A program made the translations under genes and the position numbers. This document shows positions 1 to 10,982 of a DNA stretch of 64,000 nucleotides, piece by piece. Under the pieces are notes generated by a model. That model saw only the letters and a list, made by a program, of their open reading frames with translations. It did not search any database and was not told the DNA's origin. Where the stretch lies: contig JBHGNT010000020.1 of NCBI GenBank assembly GCA_043228905.1, forward strand, positions 2,728,001 to 2,792,000. The letters are read 5' to 3'. The DNA comes from Azolla caroliniana. Taxonomy: Eukaryota > Plantae > Polypodiophyta. Within the stretch, counting starts at the first letter, position 1. Each line of letters opens with the position of its first letter.

Positions 1-29
1 AAGCATGTCAATATGGAAAGAAAAATAGG

Positions 30-2791
30 TTGCCATTCCCTCATGAAAGACATGTAAGTAATAATCTGTTGGATTTGGTACATACGGATGTATGGGGACC
101 AACTAAGAATGCATCTATCGGTGGCTGCAGATTCTATGTAACTTTTATTGATGATTGCTCAAGGAAAACATGGGTGTATTTCATGAAAGAGAAAAGTGAA
201 GTGTTTGAATGTTTTTGTAAGTTTAAATGCATGGTAGAAAAGCAGACAGGTACAAGAATAAAATGTTTAAGATCTGATGGAGGAGGAGAGTATTTCTCAA
301 ATGAATTTTCTGATTTTCTATGCAATCAGGGAATAAGAAGATAGTTCACATGTAGATATACTCCACATCAAAATGGAGTTGCTGAGAGGAAAAACAGAAC
401 ATTGGTGAACATTGCAAGGGCTTTGATGACAGAGAAGAATATGCCATTGTACTATTGGGCAGAAGCTGTAAATACAACAAATTATATTCTAAATAGATGT
501 ATAACATCGGGAGTACATGAAGCAACTCCTGAAGAGTGTTTCTATGGAAGGAAACCTAGTCTAGAACACTTAAAAGTGTTTGGATGCCTTGCATATGTAC
601 ATGTGCCTGCAGAAGTAAGAAGTAAGTTGGATCCAAAGGCAGAAAAATGTATTTTTGTTGGCTATTCAGAAGAACAAAAAGGGTATAGATGCTATAACCC
701 TGTAACAAAGAAGATTGTGACAAGTAGGGATGTAATCTTTGATGAGTTAGCCAGCTGGTACAGTCCAAAACATAATCCAGAGACTGATGAAGACAATGAG
801 ATTGAAGACAGAGACAAATCTGAAATTGTAGAAGACTGCCACAGAGATGGAAGCAAGGTTGGACAACAAAATCCAACATCAACAGAATGTTCTGGACCAT
901 CAAAAAGCTCAGATGGTAAATCTGATTCGAATTCTTGGAGTGGAAAAAGTGGAGGACACAAAAAATGTGATGATAAAAAAGGAAAACAGAAAATGCCAGA
1001 GTATGAAATGTGATGATTCAGATGTGTCATTGGATGATCTTCTTGGTATAAGAGGATTTAAAACCCCTGGTATGGAAAAAGCATTGAAGGATGCAAATCA
1101 TAAACTGAGAAGATCAGATAGAGAGAAAAAAAACTGTTGAAAGATTTGGTTATGATACATATATGGCTATGCATTATGCATATATGTCTAAGGTGGTACA
1201 GATCCCTGATCCAAGTAGTTTTGATGAGGCTAAAACTGAGAAGAAATGGGTGGATGCAATGCAAGAAGAGATTGATGCATTGGCTGAAAACAAAACATGG
1301 GATTTGGTGAAGTTACCAAAAGGAGAAAATGTGGTAGGTTGCAAATGGGTCTACAAGACAAAGCATGATTCCAGTGGGAATGTAAGTAGACATAAAGCAA
1401 GATTGGTTGCAAAGGGATATGCCCAAATGCAAGGAATTGATTATGATGAGACATTTGCACCGGTTACAAAGATGGCAACATTGAGGACATTACTGGCTGT
1501 AGGTGCAGCCAGAAGATGGTTTCTTCATCATATGGATGTAAAAAATGCCTTTTTACATGGTAACTTGGAAGAAGAAGTGTATATGTGTCAACCACCAGGT
1601 TTTGAAGATAGGAAGCATCCAGATTATGTATGTAAGCTGAAAAAGGCTCTCTATGGACTGAAACAGGCACCAAGAGCATGGCACAGAGAACTTTCAGATT
1701 ATCTGAAAAAACTTGACTTCAAAATGTCAAAGGCTGATTCATCATTGTATGTTAAAAGGAAAGATGATTGTATTGTTGTGATTCTGATTTATGTTGATGA
1801 TCTCATCATTGGAGGTGATTTCATGGATGAAATAAGTAAGCTGAAAAGAAATTTGGAAATGAAATTTCATATGAAAGATTTGGGAGATCTAAGATATTTT
1901 TTGGGTATTGAAATCATCAGATCTGAAAGTGGTATATGTGTGTTGCAAAGACAATATGCAACAACTATGTTGAAAAAGTATGGTATGCTTGGATGCAAAC
2001 CTATTGGAGTACCACTAGATAAAAACTGCAAATTAAGGGCTGATTTGGGAGCCAAAATAGAAGATGTAAACATGTACAGGTCTATGGTGGGCAGTCTTAT
2101 TTATTTGACCATAACAAGACCTGATTTGAGTTATGCAGTTGGATTAGTCAGCCAATTTATGCAACAGCCAACAAAGCCGCATTTGGACTGCATTAGAAGA
2201 ATTCTGAGGTATGTAAAAGCTACTCAGAACTATGGATTGTTTTACAGGGCTGATTTGGACATAAATCTGGAAGGATATATAGATGCTGATTGGGCTGGAA
2301 GCCAAACATATAGAAGATCCACAAGTGGATATATGTTTACATTGGGAAGTGCAGGTATTTCATAGAGTAGCAAGAAACAAGCTATTGTTGCATTGTCTAG
2401 TACTAAAGTTGAGTACAGAGGAGCTGCCATAGCCACTTGTGAAGAGGTATGGATAAGAAGATTGCTTGCTGATTTGGGAGAGTATATAGATGGTACTGTC
2501 ACAATCTGGTGTGACAATATGAGCAGCATTCAGCTTGCAAAAAACCCAGTGTTCCATGCAAGAACAAAGCACATTGAAGTGCATTATCACTTTGTTAGAG
2601 GAAAAGTGATTGAAGGAGAAGTTGATCTGGTGTATGTGAATACAAATCAGCAGGTTGCTGATATTCTCACAAAGGGATTGAGTGTGGAAAAGCATACACA
2701 GTTTCGGAACATGATGGGAGTTGTAGACACTGATATGATGGTTGAAAAGCATCATGGAAAAGAAGTGGTAGATAACCCCAAGAAAGGATAA
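30..2791 (+). pseudogene. Copia pol (integrase, RT, RNase H) with stops and frameshift
   Basis: Motifs HTDVWGP, LRSDGGGEY, KARLVAKG, LYGLKQAPRAW, IYVDD, ADWAG, RTKHIEV, QVADILTK; in-frame stops at about 342 and 2363; frameshift near 1010-1140. Confidence 0.95.
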
Positions 2792-2809
2792 GTTGAGCTT
2801 GAGGGGGAG

Positions 2810-3385
2810 TGTTGAGAAGCAAGCTCAACATGGTATGTGATGCTTATTAGGAAATAAGCTATAGTAGCTATTTAGCTACTTGTGAACATAAAGGAGAAAC
2901 AGCTAATTAGCTACTGACAACTAATTAGCTACTGACAACTATTTAGCGACTGACAACTATTTAGCGACTGACAGCTAATTAGCTACTGACAGCTATTTAG
3001 CGACTGATAGCTAATTAGCTACTGACAGCTATTTAGCGACTGACAGCTAATTAGCTACAGGCAGCTAATTAGCTGCATACGTAAGTAACTTATTACTTAG
3101 GTAAAAAGTAAGAGAGCAAGTAAGTAAGAAAAATATACAAGAAGTAGAACTCTGAGAGAGAGTGTGAGTATAGAGAGAAAGAACTCAGAGAGTGAGAGCA
3201 GAAGAGAGAAACAGACGAGAGCAAGTAGAGCTCTGCGGGTAATGAAATAGAAGAAGTTTTGGTTGCTACAGAGGTAAGTCTCCTTCCCCCTTCCCTTTTT
3301 TGTTTGAGCACTAAACGATCTAGCACACCACGATCCGCCGCGCACATAAGAAGAGCCCGAGTGCCTTCTTCACGTTTTCTTAACA
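2810..3385 (+). repeat. 3' LTR of copia (576 bp)
   Basis: Follows the PPT; TG...CA ends with imperfect terminal inverted repeat TGTTGAGAA/TTCTTAACA. Confidence 0.85.
2860..3075. repeat. 18-bp tandem repeat inside the LTR (AGCTAATTAGCTACTGAC)n
   Basis: About 10 directly visible units with the palindromic core AGCTAATTAGCT. Confidence 0.9.
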
Positions 3386-4046
3386 ATATTAACATCTTCT
3401 AAGGCCAAATTTGGCCCATGAGACAATTGGTTTACAACAAAAGAGTATTTATCCATTCATCATAACTAAAATAAAATTAAGTAAAAAATAAAACTTAAAC
3501 TAAAAGAGTTCTAGTAGTGTACAATATGTAGTATACTCGAAAGTGACTATACACTAAGCCTAATTTTATTTCCACCCAAGCCTCTCGAAAAGAAGTGGGG
3601 GGTCAAAGGGTCTTGATGTGGGTTCCAATGTAGAGAGTGCCCTAGCCATGGCTTCTAGGCGGTGTAGCTCACGTTCCCTTATTTTCAATATTGCTTCCAC
3701 ATCACGTCAAGTTGCTTTGAAACCCGGCACCCGAGGACGTCTGGTTCTTCTCTGGTTTTCTGCCTCATCAATGGAAAGGCCGAGTGGTGCAAGTGTGTCA
3801 GCATTCGTTGTCTCCTCATGTTCCTGAAAAACTTCATTTGTTACATGTTCGTGATCATTAGCAACATTATTGTCAACATTTTGTAACTTATTCTCTTTGT
3901 GTTGTTTTAGCTCTAGAATGTATTTGCCTAATTTCTTTATATCTAGAGTATCTAATAGTTTGGGGAGGGTGGGAGACAAACCAAGTATGTCTTGGTATTT
4001 TTCCCTTATCTCGGCATAGGTTGGACACTTGCATGTAAAGTGGTAC

Positions 4047-7000
4047 TCATCCTCTATCTCTATGTGACAACCTACATATCCTTTCCTCCCTCGGGACTCC
4101 ACTAGTACGACCATTCTCAATCTCATGTTGGTGAGATGATATTCTAAGTTGTCCAATGGCAACCCTTAGTGCATGTGGTAAGAATACATCTAGATATTTT
4201 GGCCGCGTGATAAAACCTAACTCAGAGAAGTGCATGAAGTGTTTCTTATAGTACAACATTTTAGATGGGAGTGGCTCTAGTGGGGTGATCCATTTACACC
4301 GAGTGTAAATTTGCCATATTTCTTGGCGTATTACTTTATTGCGGTCCTCATGAGAGATTAAAGTGTTATCACTCGTGTGGTTGTACCTAAGGGGAGGTAG
4401 GTTATTAATGTCTAGACCATTCGCAAGAAGCCAACTCACCATCATGCCATACCATGAGCTAGTATAGCCGGACTCATACAATGATCGAGAGGCCTTAAAG
4501 GCTTGATGAGATATTCTATCATGTGGTTGGCTATGTATCCTGTGAATAAAGACTACAAGTTGAAAAAGTGCCTCTACTAACATTGGGGGTAACGTGAACT
4601 CAGCCCTAATAATGTCATATGGTACAATCGATTTGCTTCGGAGTTGGCGTGATAGCATCATCACCAATGGTCTCTCTAATTGTGTCCACATGAAAGATGG
4701 TAATCCTGGAGCCCAAACCGCTGATGCATACATGAGGGAGGGGGTCACTAATGAGTCAAAGAGCCACCCTTTAGTCTGTGGCTCTTGAAAGTGTGCTTGG
4801 TGGCATTGTCTCTCTAGGAGTGAGAGGGATGCATGTCCTCTCGTGAGTCTATCCTTCGCTGCCTGTGTCATCGAAAATTTACCTGAGTGGGCACTAAAAG
4901 TGACTCCGAGATAGACGTATGATCCAACCACCTCGACTGGACTATGGGAGATAGTTAGGTGACACTTAGCTCTAACTTGGGCCGATGTGTGGAAGATAAG
5001 GACTTTCGTTTTCCCTAGATTCACTACCAATCCTCGTTGTACACAAAAGTCATCTAAGGCATTAAGGTGCCTTTGTAGGTCGTGTTCGGATTCAGAGAGC
5101 AAAACTATGTCATCCGCATAGAGCAAGATACGAACCTGCGTATCCCCAAGGACCACTCCGGTGCCTCCCTCACGAGCAATAAAATCTGTGATCTCATCAA
5201 TGTAGATCCCAAAAAGCGTCGGTGATAGGGGGCAACCTTGTTTTTCACCAATAGTGCTAGTGAAACGATTAGATAGGCCACCTAGGCATTGGACACACCC
5301 GGACACTTGTTCATATAGTGCGTAGATGGCCCATACCATATCATCTGGTATCCTCAAGCTTTTAAGTCTATCAAACAACCGCTCTCTAGGGACTGTGTCA
5401 AAGGCTTTGCGGAAGTCCACAAAACAATAGTATAATTTCTTCTTGCGAGCCTTAGTTTGGTCAATTAGGCATCTAAGTGTGAAGTTATGATCAATAGTGG
5501 AGAAGGCTCGTCTAAAGCCAGCTTGTTCAGGTGCACAAAGGTTTAGGGTCTCCATATAGTCGCTAAGCTCTGCTTCTATTAGTGCACCATATAACTTAGC
5601 AAGGGTATGGCCTATCATAATGGTCCTATATGTATTTGGGTCCATGGGGTCCCCCCCTTTATGTATGGGGGCCACTGTATTCATAGTCCATTGTGGTGGA
5701 AAACCCTCCGCAAGGGCACGATTGAAGATTAGAGTTAGCAAGGGAGCTAGGCACTCTCTCGCATATATAATGTGTTCTACTCGCAATCCTGTGTGGTCCA
5801 TGGACTTCCTATGTTGTAATTTCTTTATGACCTTCACGACCCTAGAGGTCATGAAAAGTGTCCCCGTGGTAGGCCGGGGTGTGGAAGGCATTGGAATGGG
5901 TGGTTGGTTTGGGATTTGGTAAAGTCTCTCTGTATATGTGTGCCAAGTTTCGGGATCTTCGATGGGTGTTTGTGGTCTTGGCTCCCGTAGTCTCTTCCAT
6001 GCCGTGGCACAATCGCTACTCATGAGCATATGGTAGAGTTCCCAGTATTGGGATGCCTCCCACGCTCGTCTCTTACGACGTGTCATCTTACGCATTTCTT
6101 TGCGGGCTTGTATGGAGGTAATACTACCATTGAGTTGCGATACTGTAAGTTGTCTATGTAAGTCCCTACAATCCTCGTCATACCATTTATTTTGTGGCAT
6201 TGATCCTGATCTACCTTGATTTGAGTGTTTTGTATATGGGAAACTGCTAACTGCTGCGGAGTGAAGGATGTGTGCGAGTTTTGTACTAAGGCTTTCTAAC
6301 GGTAGGGAGGGGAGATGGGCCTGAACATGTTGAGAGTATATGTCAGAGAGCTCATGTGTGAAATGTATTGTGGTGTGATGGCATGGTTGACTAGACTTGG
6401 TGACCTTAGAGATATCACATTTTAGCTCGAAGTATAAGAAACTATGGTCTGCGCCAATAGGGCATGGGGCCACTCGGAAGGAGTTAATCATGTGGGTAGC
6501 TTCAGGGCGGCCTATTAGATAGTCAACTGTGCTTTCCCCTCCTCCATGTGGGAAACATGTGAGCTCTTCCGAGCCCGGCCACTTAGCTAAACCATTATAT
6601 ATGACCATCCGGTGCCGACTGCCAAGTTCGAGCAGATGATGGCCAAAGCTCGTGGCGTCTGCACCTTGATCCTTTGATCTACGTGTGGTGCCTATGTCTA
6701 AAGGATCAACATTTACCATTTCTAGGTTTCTATTCATCTGAAATATTGTGCATTGTCGGGATTGGGTTCTCACATTGAAGTCTCCTACAAGAAATACTTC
6801 TCCTTGGGAAGAATATCGGATTATGTCATCCGATAGGGGTTCGTATGGTGAAGGCCCATGTGGCATTCCTTCATCGACTAATCTCGTCAAGCCACCAATA
6901 TTATAACGGGATCCTTTTGGGGGAAAGTAACAAATGGCGAAAAATACTGCCTGGTCTTTGCTTGTGGAGACTTTCACCCACATAAAACGAGCTTCTAGGT

Positions 7001-7169
7001 CTATCTTCATTATTTCTATCCTATTATGTAGCTCTCTACGAAACAATATCGCGACACCTCCAGATCCCCTAGTAGTGTGTCGACGTGAGGTTTGTCTAAA
7101 AGCGGACTCCCAACGGAATCCTTCGACCCGTGGGAGTCCTCTATTTGGGCTCTGATGTGTTTCTACCAA
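4047..7169 (-). CDS. LINE ORF2: AP endonuclease + reverse transcriptase (true start about 7253 with one in-frame stop near 7221; C-terminus continues by frameshift into 3707-4060)
   Basis: ETH, GSGGVAIL, GDFN, VDY, SDH-like ADH, EQAGFR, FVDFRKAFDTV, QGCPLSPTLF, YADD, YLG; C-terminal ERICRL..EDEYHFTCKC zinc finger. Confidence 0.93.
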   Translation of the reverse strand: MVETHQSPNRGLPRVEGFRWESAFRQTSRRHTTRGSGGVAILFRRELHNRIEIMKIDLEARFMWVKVSTSKDQAVFFAICYFPPKGSRYNIGGLTRLVDEGMPHGPSPYEPLSDDIIRYSSQGEVFLVGDFNVRTQSRQCTIFQMNRNLEMVNVDPLDIGTTRRSKDQGADATSFGHHLLELGSRHRMVIYNGLAKWPGSEELTCFPHGGGESTVDYLIGRPEATHMINSFRVAPCPIGADHSFLYFELKCDISKVTKSSQPCHHTTIHFTHELSDIYSQHVQAHLPSLPLESLSTKLAHILHSAAVSSFPYTKHSNQGRSGSMPQNKWYDEDCRDLHRQLTVSQLNGSITSIQARKEMRKMTRRKRRAWEASQYWELYHMLMSSDCATAWKRLREPRPQTPIEDPETWHTYTERLYQIPNQPPIPMPSTPRPTTGTLFMTSRVVKVIKKLQHRKSMDHTGLRVEHIIYARECLAPLLTLIFNRALAEGFPPQWTMNTVAPIHKGGDPMDPNTYRTIMIGHTLAKLYGALIEAELSDYMETLNLCAPEQAGFRRAFSTIDHNFTLRCLIDQTKARKKKLYYCFVDFRKAFDTVPRERLFDRLKSLRIPDDMVWAIYALYEQVSGCVQCLGGLSNRFTSTIGEKQGCPLSPTLFGIYIDEITDFIAREGGTGVVLGDTQVRILLYADDIVLLSESEHDLQRHLNALDDFCVQRGLVVNLGKTKVLIFHTSAQVRAKCHLTISHSPVEVVGSYVYLGVTFSAHSGKFSMTQAAKDRLTRGHASLSLLERQCHQAHFQEPQTKGWLFDSLVTPSLMYASAVWAPGLPSFMWTQLERPLVMMLSRQLRSKSIVPYDIIRAEFTLPPMLVEALFQLVVFIHRIHSQPHDRISHQAFKASRSLYESGYTSSWYGMMVSWLLANGLDINNLPPLRYNHTSDNTLISHEDRNKVIRQEIWQIYTRCKWITPLEPLPSKMLYYKKHFMHFSELGFITRPKYLDVFLPHALRVAIGQLRISSHQHEIENGRTSGVPREERICRLSHRDRG

Positions 7170-7289
7170 GAAAAGTATATCAGATACCTTTAGTATCTCC
7201 TCTAGGCGGCCAGGGTGTGCCTAGAGTGCGCCATTACAATTCCATAGGGTCATCCTAAGTGCATTTTCTGTCACATGGGCCACACACCG

Positions 7290-8730
7290 TCAATTAGTAG
7301 TGCGATCATTTATGATCACTCGGCCGTCTTGGTAAAAGGCACGATGGCCTTCTTTACGAGCTTGCACAACTCGTGGCATACAACTCTTGCGATGCTCAAT
7401 TTGCATCTTAGTGAGGTCTTCATCGAGATAGATGGGGTCCCCATCCATTCCTCGAAGGATTGGTGTCTTCTTAAAGAAAGTGATTCTAAAGTCTAAGTCT
7501 TTAAATTGAAGGACTAAGGCTCTCTTCCTAGTTGTGTCACGCCCGGCCCTCCATGCTTTGGTGATAGGTAGGGCCTCTGTGTACCCTAACATTTTCCCAA
7601 GTGTTTGTGCGTCCTCATTTGGGGATGCACCTTCCTTGAGCCCAGTGACACGTTGTCGTCAAGAAAACCGTCCACAAGCGGAATCGGTGCACAGGAGCGT
7701 AGGAACCGGCTCTTCATGCACGTGCGCCTTATGTTGTACATAGGAGATCCTAGGCAGGTAGATTCGGTAGGTAGGAAGTAAAGGGGAAACGGCTCCTTCC
7801 TTGCCTATAAAAGGAGGGAGACGAGGAGGGGCGGGGAGTCGAGGACGAAGTGCTGTCGGTTTGTGGGCGGAAGACCTCTCTCTCTCTCTCTCTCGCAAAC
7901 TCCGTAGCTTCTTGCTGTGCAGGTTTCGGGAAGCTCGCGTTGCTCTGAGGAATGCCCGAGTGCTTCCGGCAGCACCTCCAACCTACTCTTTCCTTTCTGT
8001 GCGTTTACGAACAGGCATCGGCATCTGTTCGCCGGCTTGTTCGGTTGTAACCGACTTCGGGCTTCTTGTTGCTTGTTTTGTTAATATATACATTTACCTA
8101 CATTCGTGTCTCTTTGTGTCGGTGTCCCACTCGCGTCTTTGTGTCGAAGGGCCGTGTCCCTGTGAATCTACGCTCGCACGTGGTGGGTCCCCTCCCTTCT
8201 CCTTTCTCTCTTGCTCTTCGGTACAAGACCCCCGAGGACCCGCCTCATTCCACGCATCCGCGAGGAATACCTCGACAACGTACATTTAAGCGTCGGGCCT
8301 GACGCATTTTCTTTTCTTCAAGGATGGTATTAACAATATTTTCATCTTTTATTTCTTTTTTAATGTTTCTTTTAACCACATCTACCCAACCCGTTTTAGC
8401 TAACTCTATGTTATTATTAACTTCCTCTTTAACTTTTTTAATTTCGTCCTTTATATCCTCTATAGAGGATATTTCACCGTCTTCTCGAGATACCTCGACG
8501 TCCTTAAGTTGTTTTTTAAGGTCGGTGTTTTCTACTTTAAGTTGTTCTATTTCGGCCTTGAGGGCATCTTTTTCCTCTCTATCTTTTTTCTTGTGGGTTT
8601 CGGTGTCTTTCACCCATTTTTTCATATCCATTTCTATTTTTGTTAAACGATTAACCATATCTAAAAAGTCCTCCTTACTTATAGCCTCGTATTGTATATC
8701 CTTATGTTCCTTAGTTCGTTTAGACGTCAT
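7290..8730 (-). pseudogene. LINE ORF1 (coiled coil + RRM-like) split by a solo LTR
   Basis: ORFs 8245-8730 and 7290-7592 join in frame (RRLNVR|VTGLKEG...IYLDEDLT) after removing 7654-8277 and one ACGT copy. Confidence 0.85.
7654..8277 (+). mobile_element. Solo LTR (624 bp) of the tRNA-Trp gypsy lineage, 4-bp TSD ACGT
   Basis: TGTCG...CGACA ends; ACGT at 7650-7653 and 8278-8281; TATAAAAGG near 7806; 3' end resembles the LTR ends at 32457 and 48042. Confidence 0.9.
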
Positions 8731-8899
8731 TGTGGTGTCAATAAGAAAAAAAGGTAAAATAAATGGGTTCGAGACTTAGCCGAGTTTGTGTGTATGTCGC
8801 AATCACATCGGCATTTTGTAGCACGCGACGGGCACACCAAAAGAACCCACCCACGAACTCGTCAAGAAAATGGTACTTCACAACGTCAAGAGAAAACGG

Positions 8900-9310
8900 A
8901 GAAGAAACACCCCTGACGGCGACGGTGACAGCGGCGGTCGTCAAACGACGGCAGACGGCTGCAAACGATAGAAGACGGCTGCAGACGGTAGCAGACGGCG
9001 ACAACAACAGACGACGGTGACGACGACGGCGACGACGACGACACTAACCGGTGACAGCAACGGCAGAGAGAGCCGTTACACAGAGGCGAGGAAGCGAGAG
9101 AGAGAGAGAGAGCAGACGGCGACGACTGCAGCGGCGGCAGACAACGGTTGTAGATGACGGCGACGACAGCGACAACAACGGCAGAGAGAGAGAGAGAGCA
9201 GACGGCGACGGCTGCAGCGGATGCAGACGACAACGACGACAGCGACAGCAACGGTAGAGAGAGCCGTTACACAGCGACAACAACGGCAGCGACAACGAGA
9301 GAGATGATGA
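8900..9310. repeat. GAC/GCA/GA low-complexity repeat region with internal duplication
   Basis: (GAC)n and (GA)n tracts; repeated GCAACGGCAGAGAGAGCCGTTACACAG. Confidence 0.8.
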
Positions 9311-9600
9311 TAACAGATGATATATTATATGAAGAATATGTACAAAATGGCTATGAGGCTTAAGATCGGCGTTGAACCAATTTGGTTCAACATAATGCCT
9401 TGTGCCTCCTTTTATAATGTTCTTAGGAGGAGTCCTGAAGCTTCTAGAATGTTCCAGAGAAATCTGGAATATACATTAATTTGTTATAATAAAACTAAAA
9501 TTAAAATAATATTTTATATATTACAATAGATGGTATAATGGTCAAGAGCTCGACCCATATAACATAAGGTCATGGGCTCGAGTCTTGCCATATCATGACA
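9310..9600 (-). mobile_element. Probable LTR fragment (minus strand; may extend through the simple repeats to about 8800)
   Basis: Minus strand starts TGTCATGA and has TATAAAAGG near 9410 and TCTAGAAG motifs like the LTR at 29628; no TSD found. Confidence 0.5.
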
Positions 9601-9649
9601 CCATTGAACCTTCTCTCTTCAAGCTCTCTTCTTTAGGGGAAACATAGAT

Positions 9650-10980
9650 GCAGTTTTCCCAAAATATTCTTTTCTATTTAGGTTTTTGGCCTTCTCAAAA
9701 GCCAAAAATAGGTTTTGCCCAAAACAACATTCTTTGGTGCTCAATGCAAAGTGAGCACTGGAACTCTACGAGTTGACCTGCCATGGAGAGAAAGTACTAC
9801 CACAAAATCATATGCCCCTATCCCACTCCGAGAGGGTAGTATTGCACGAAGGGTAGTTGTGACCAACACCAACAATAAGAATACTGGAAATTTGAAGGGC
9901 GATGGAAGGTAAGAACTTGTTATAATAGCATAAAACACAATAAGACATACATTATATGTAAATTAAAGTGTATAACTTGAAGGTCTAGAGATGAAGGATT
10001 TCAAGGAAAATCTCTCTATTATTATTTTTTTATTACAAAACTTAGACTAATCTAGAAAAGCATAATGAAAACTCTTCATTTTGATTGATAAGGGTTACAA
10101 TATTCTGGTAAATTAAAAAACTAGGGGCAACTTTTGTCATTTCCGACAAGGGACAACATTGATTGATTTTAAAAAGAAATATTTTGAAGAATACTAGTGA
10201 GTTCCAATGTCTGTATGTAACTACATGGTACAACATAGAAAATATCTTATGAGAATGCATTAATATGACAATTTCATTCCTAGTAATTTTTGTTGAAAAA
10301 ATAGTGACTTCGTTGGTGAAATATATGTATGTGTGTATATATATATATGGGAAACGTATATATTTAGTTGTCCCAAAATATTCCTTTTGGTTTATGTTTT
10401 TGGCATTGTTAAAAGCAAAAAATTGTTTTGGCCAGAAACAACACTTTTCGGCGGTAAATGCAGAGTGAGCCGTTGTACTCTACGAGTTCTGTTGCCATGG
10501 AGAGAAAGTACTGTTGCAAAATCATATGCGTCCGTCCCACTCCCAGTGGGTAATATTGCACGAAGGGTAGTTGTGACCAACAACAACAATATGCATGCAT
10601 GAAATTTGAAGGGCGATGGAAGGTAAGTACTTCTTAGAATAGGATAAGACACAATAAGACATAGACTATATATAAATTAAAGTGTATAACTTGAGGATCA
10701 AAAGACGAAGGATTGCAAAGAAGATCTCCCTATTATTATTATTTTAGTGCAAAACTTTGAATAATGTAGAAAAGGATAATGAAAACTCTTCATTTTGATT
10801 CATAAGGGTTACAATATTATGGTAATTCAAAGAACTTGGAGCAAAATTTGGTCATTTTCGACAATGTTTATTGATTTTAATAAGTAAGATTTTGAAGAAT
10901 ACAAGTGAGTTCGAATGTCTATATGTAACTGCATGGTACGCTATAGAAAAATCTTATGAGAATGCATTGATATGATAGTT
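9650..10980. repeat. Tandem dimer of a ~720-bp AT-rich unit
   Basis: Shared blocks such as CCATGGAGAGAAAGTACT (about 9781 and 10495) and ATTGCACGAAGGGTAGTTGTGACCAACA (about 9841 and 10555). Confidence 0.9.
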
Positions 10981-10982
10981 CA

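Larger units (their letters stand above)
1..3385 (+). mobile_element. Ty1/copia LTR retrotransposon, 3' part (5' part lies outside the window)
   Basis: INT-RT-RNaseH order; PPT GAGGGGGAG at 2801-2809 followed by a 3' LTR TGTTGAGAA...TTCTTAACA. Confidence 0.95.
3400..8780 (-). mobile_element. LINE (non-LTR retrotransposon), ORF1+ORF2, L2/RTE-X-like rather than typical plant L1; ends approximate
   Basis: Minus-strand ORF1 (coiled coil + RRM-like) followed by APE-RT-CCHC ORF2. Confidence 0.9.

Noticed and set aside
8738-9363. Overlapping Arg/Ser/Thr-rich ORFs
   Set aside because: Products of GAC/GA simple repeats with no domain signal
9525-9590. Functional tRNA gene (also 29650-29717 and 50101-50164)
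   Set aside because: Acceptor and anticodon stems do not pair convincingly; kept only as tRNA-like modules
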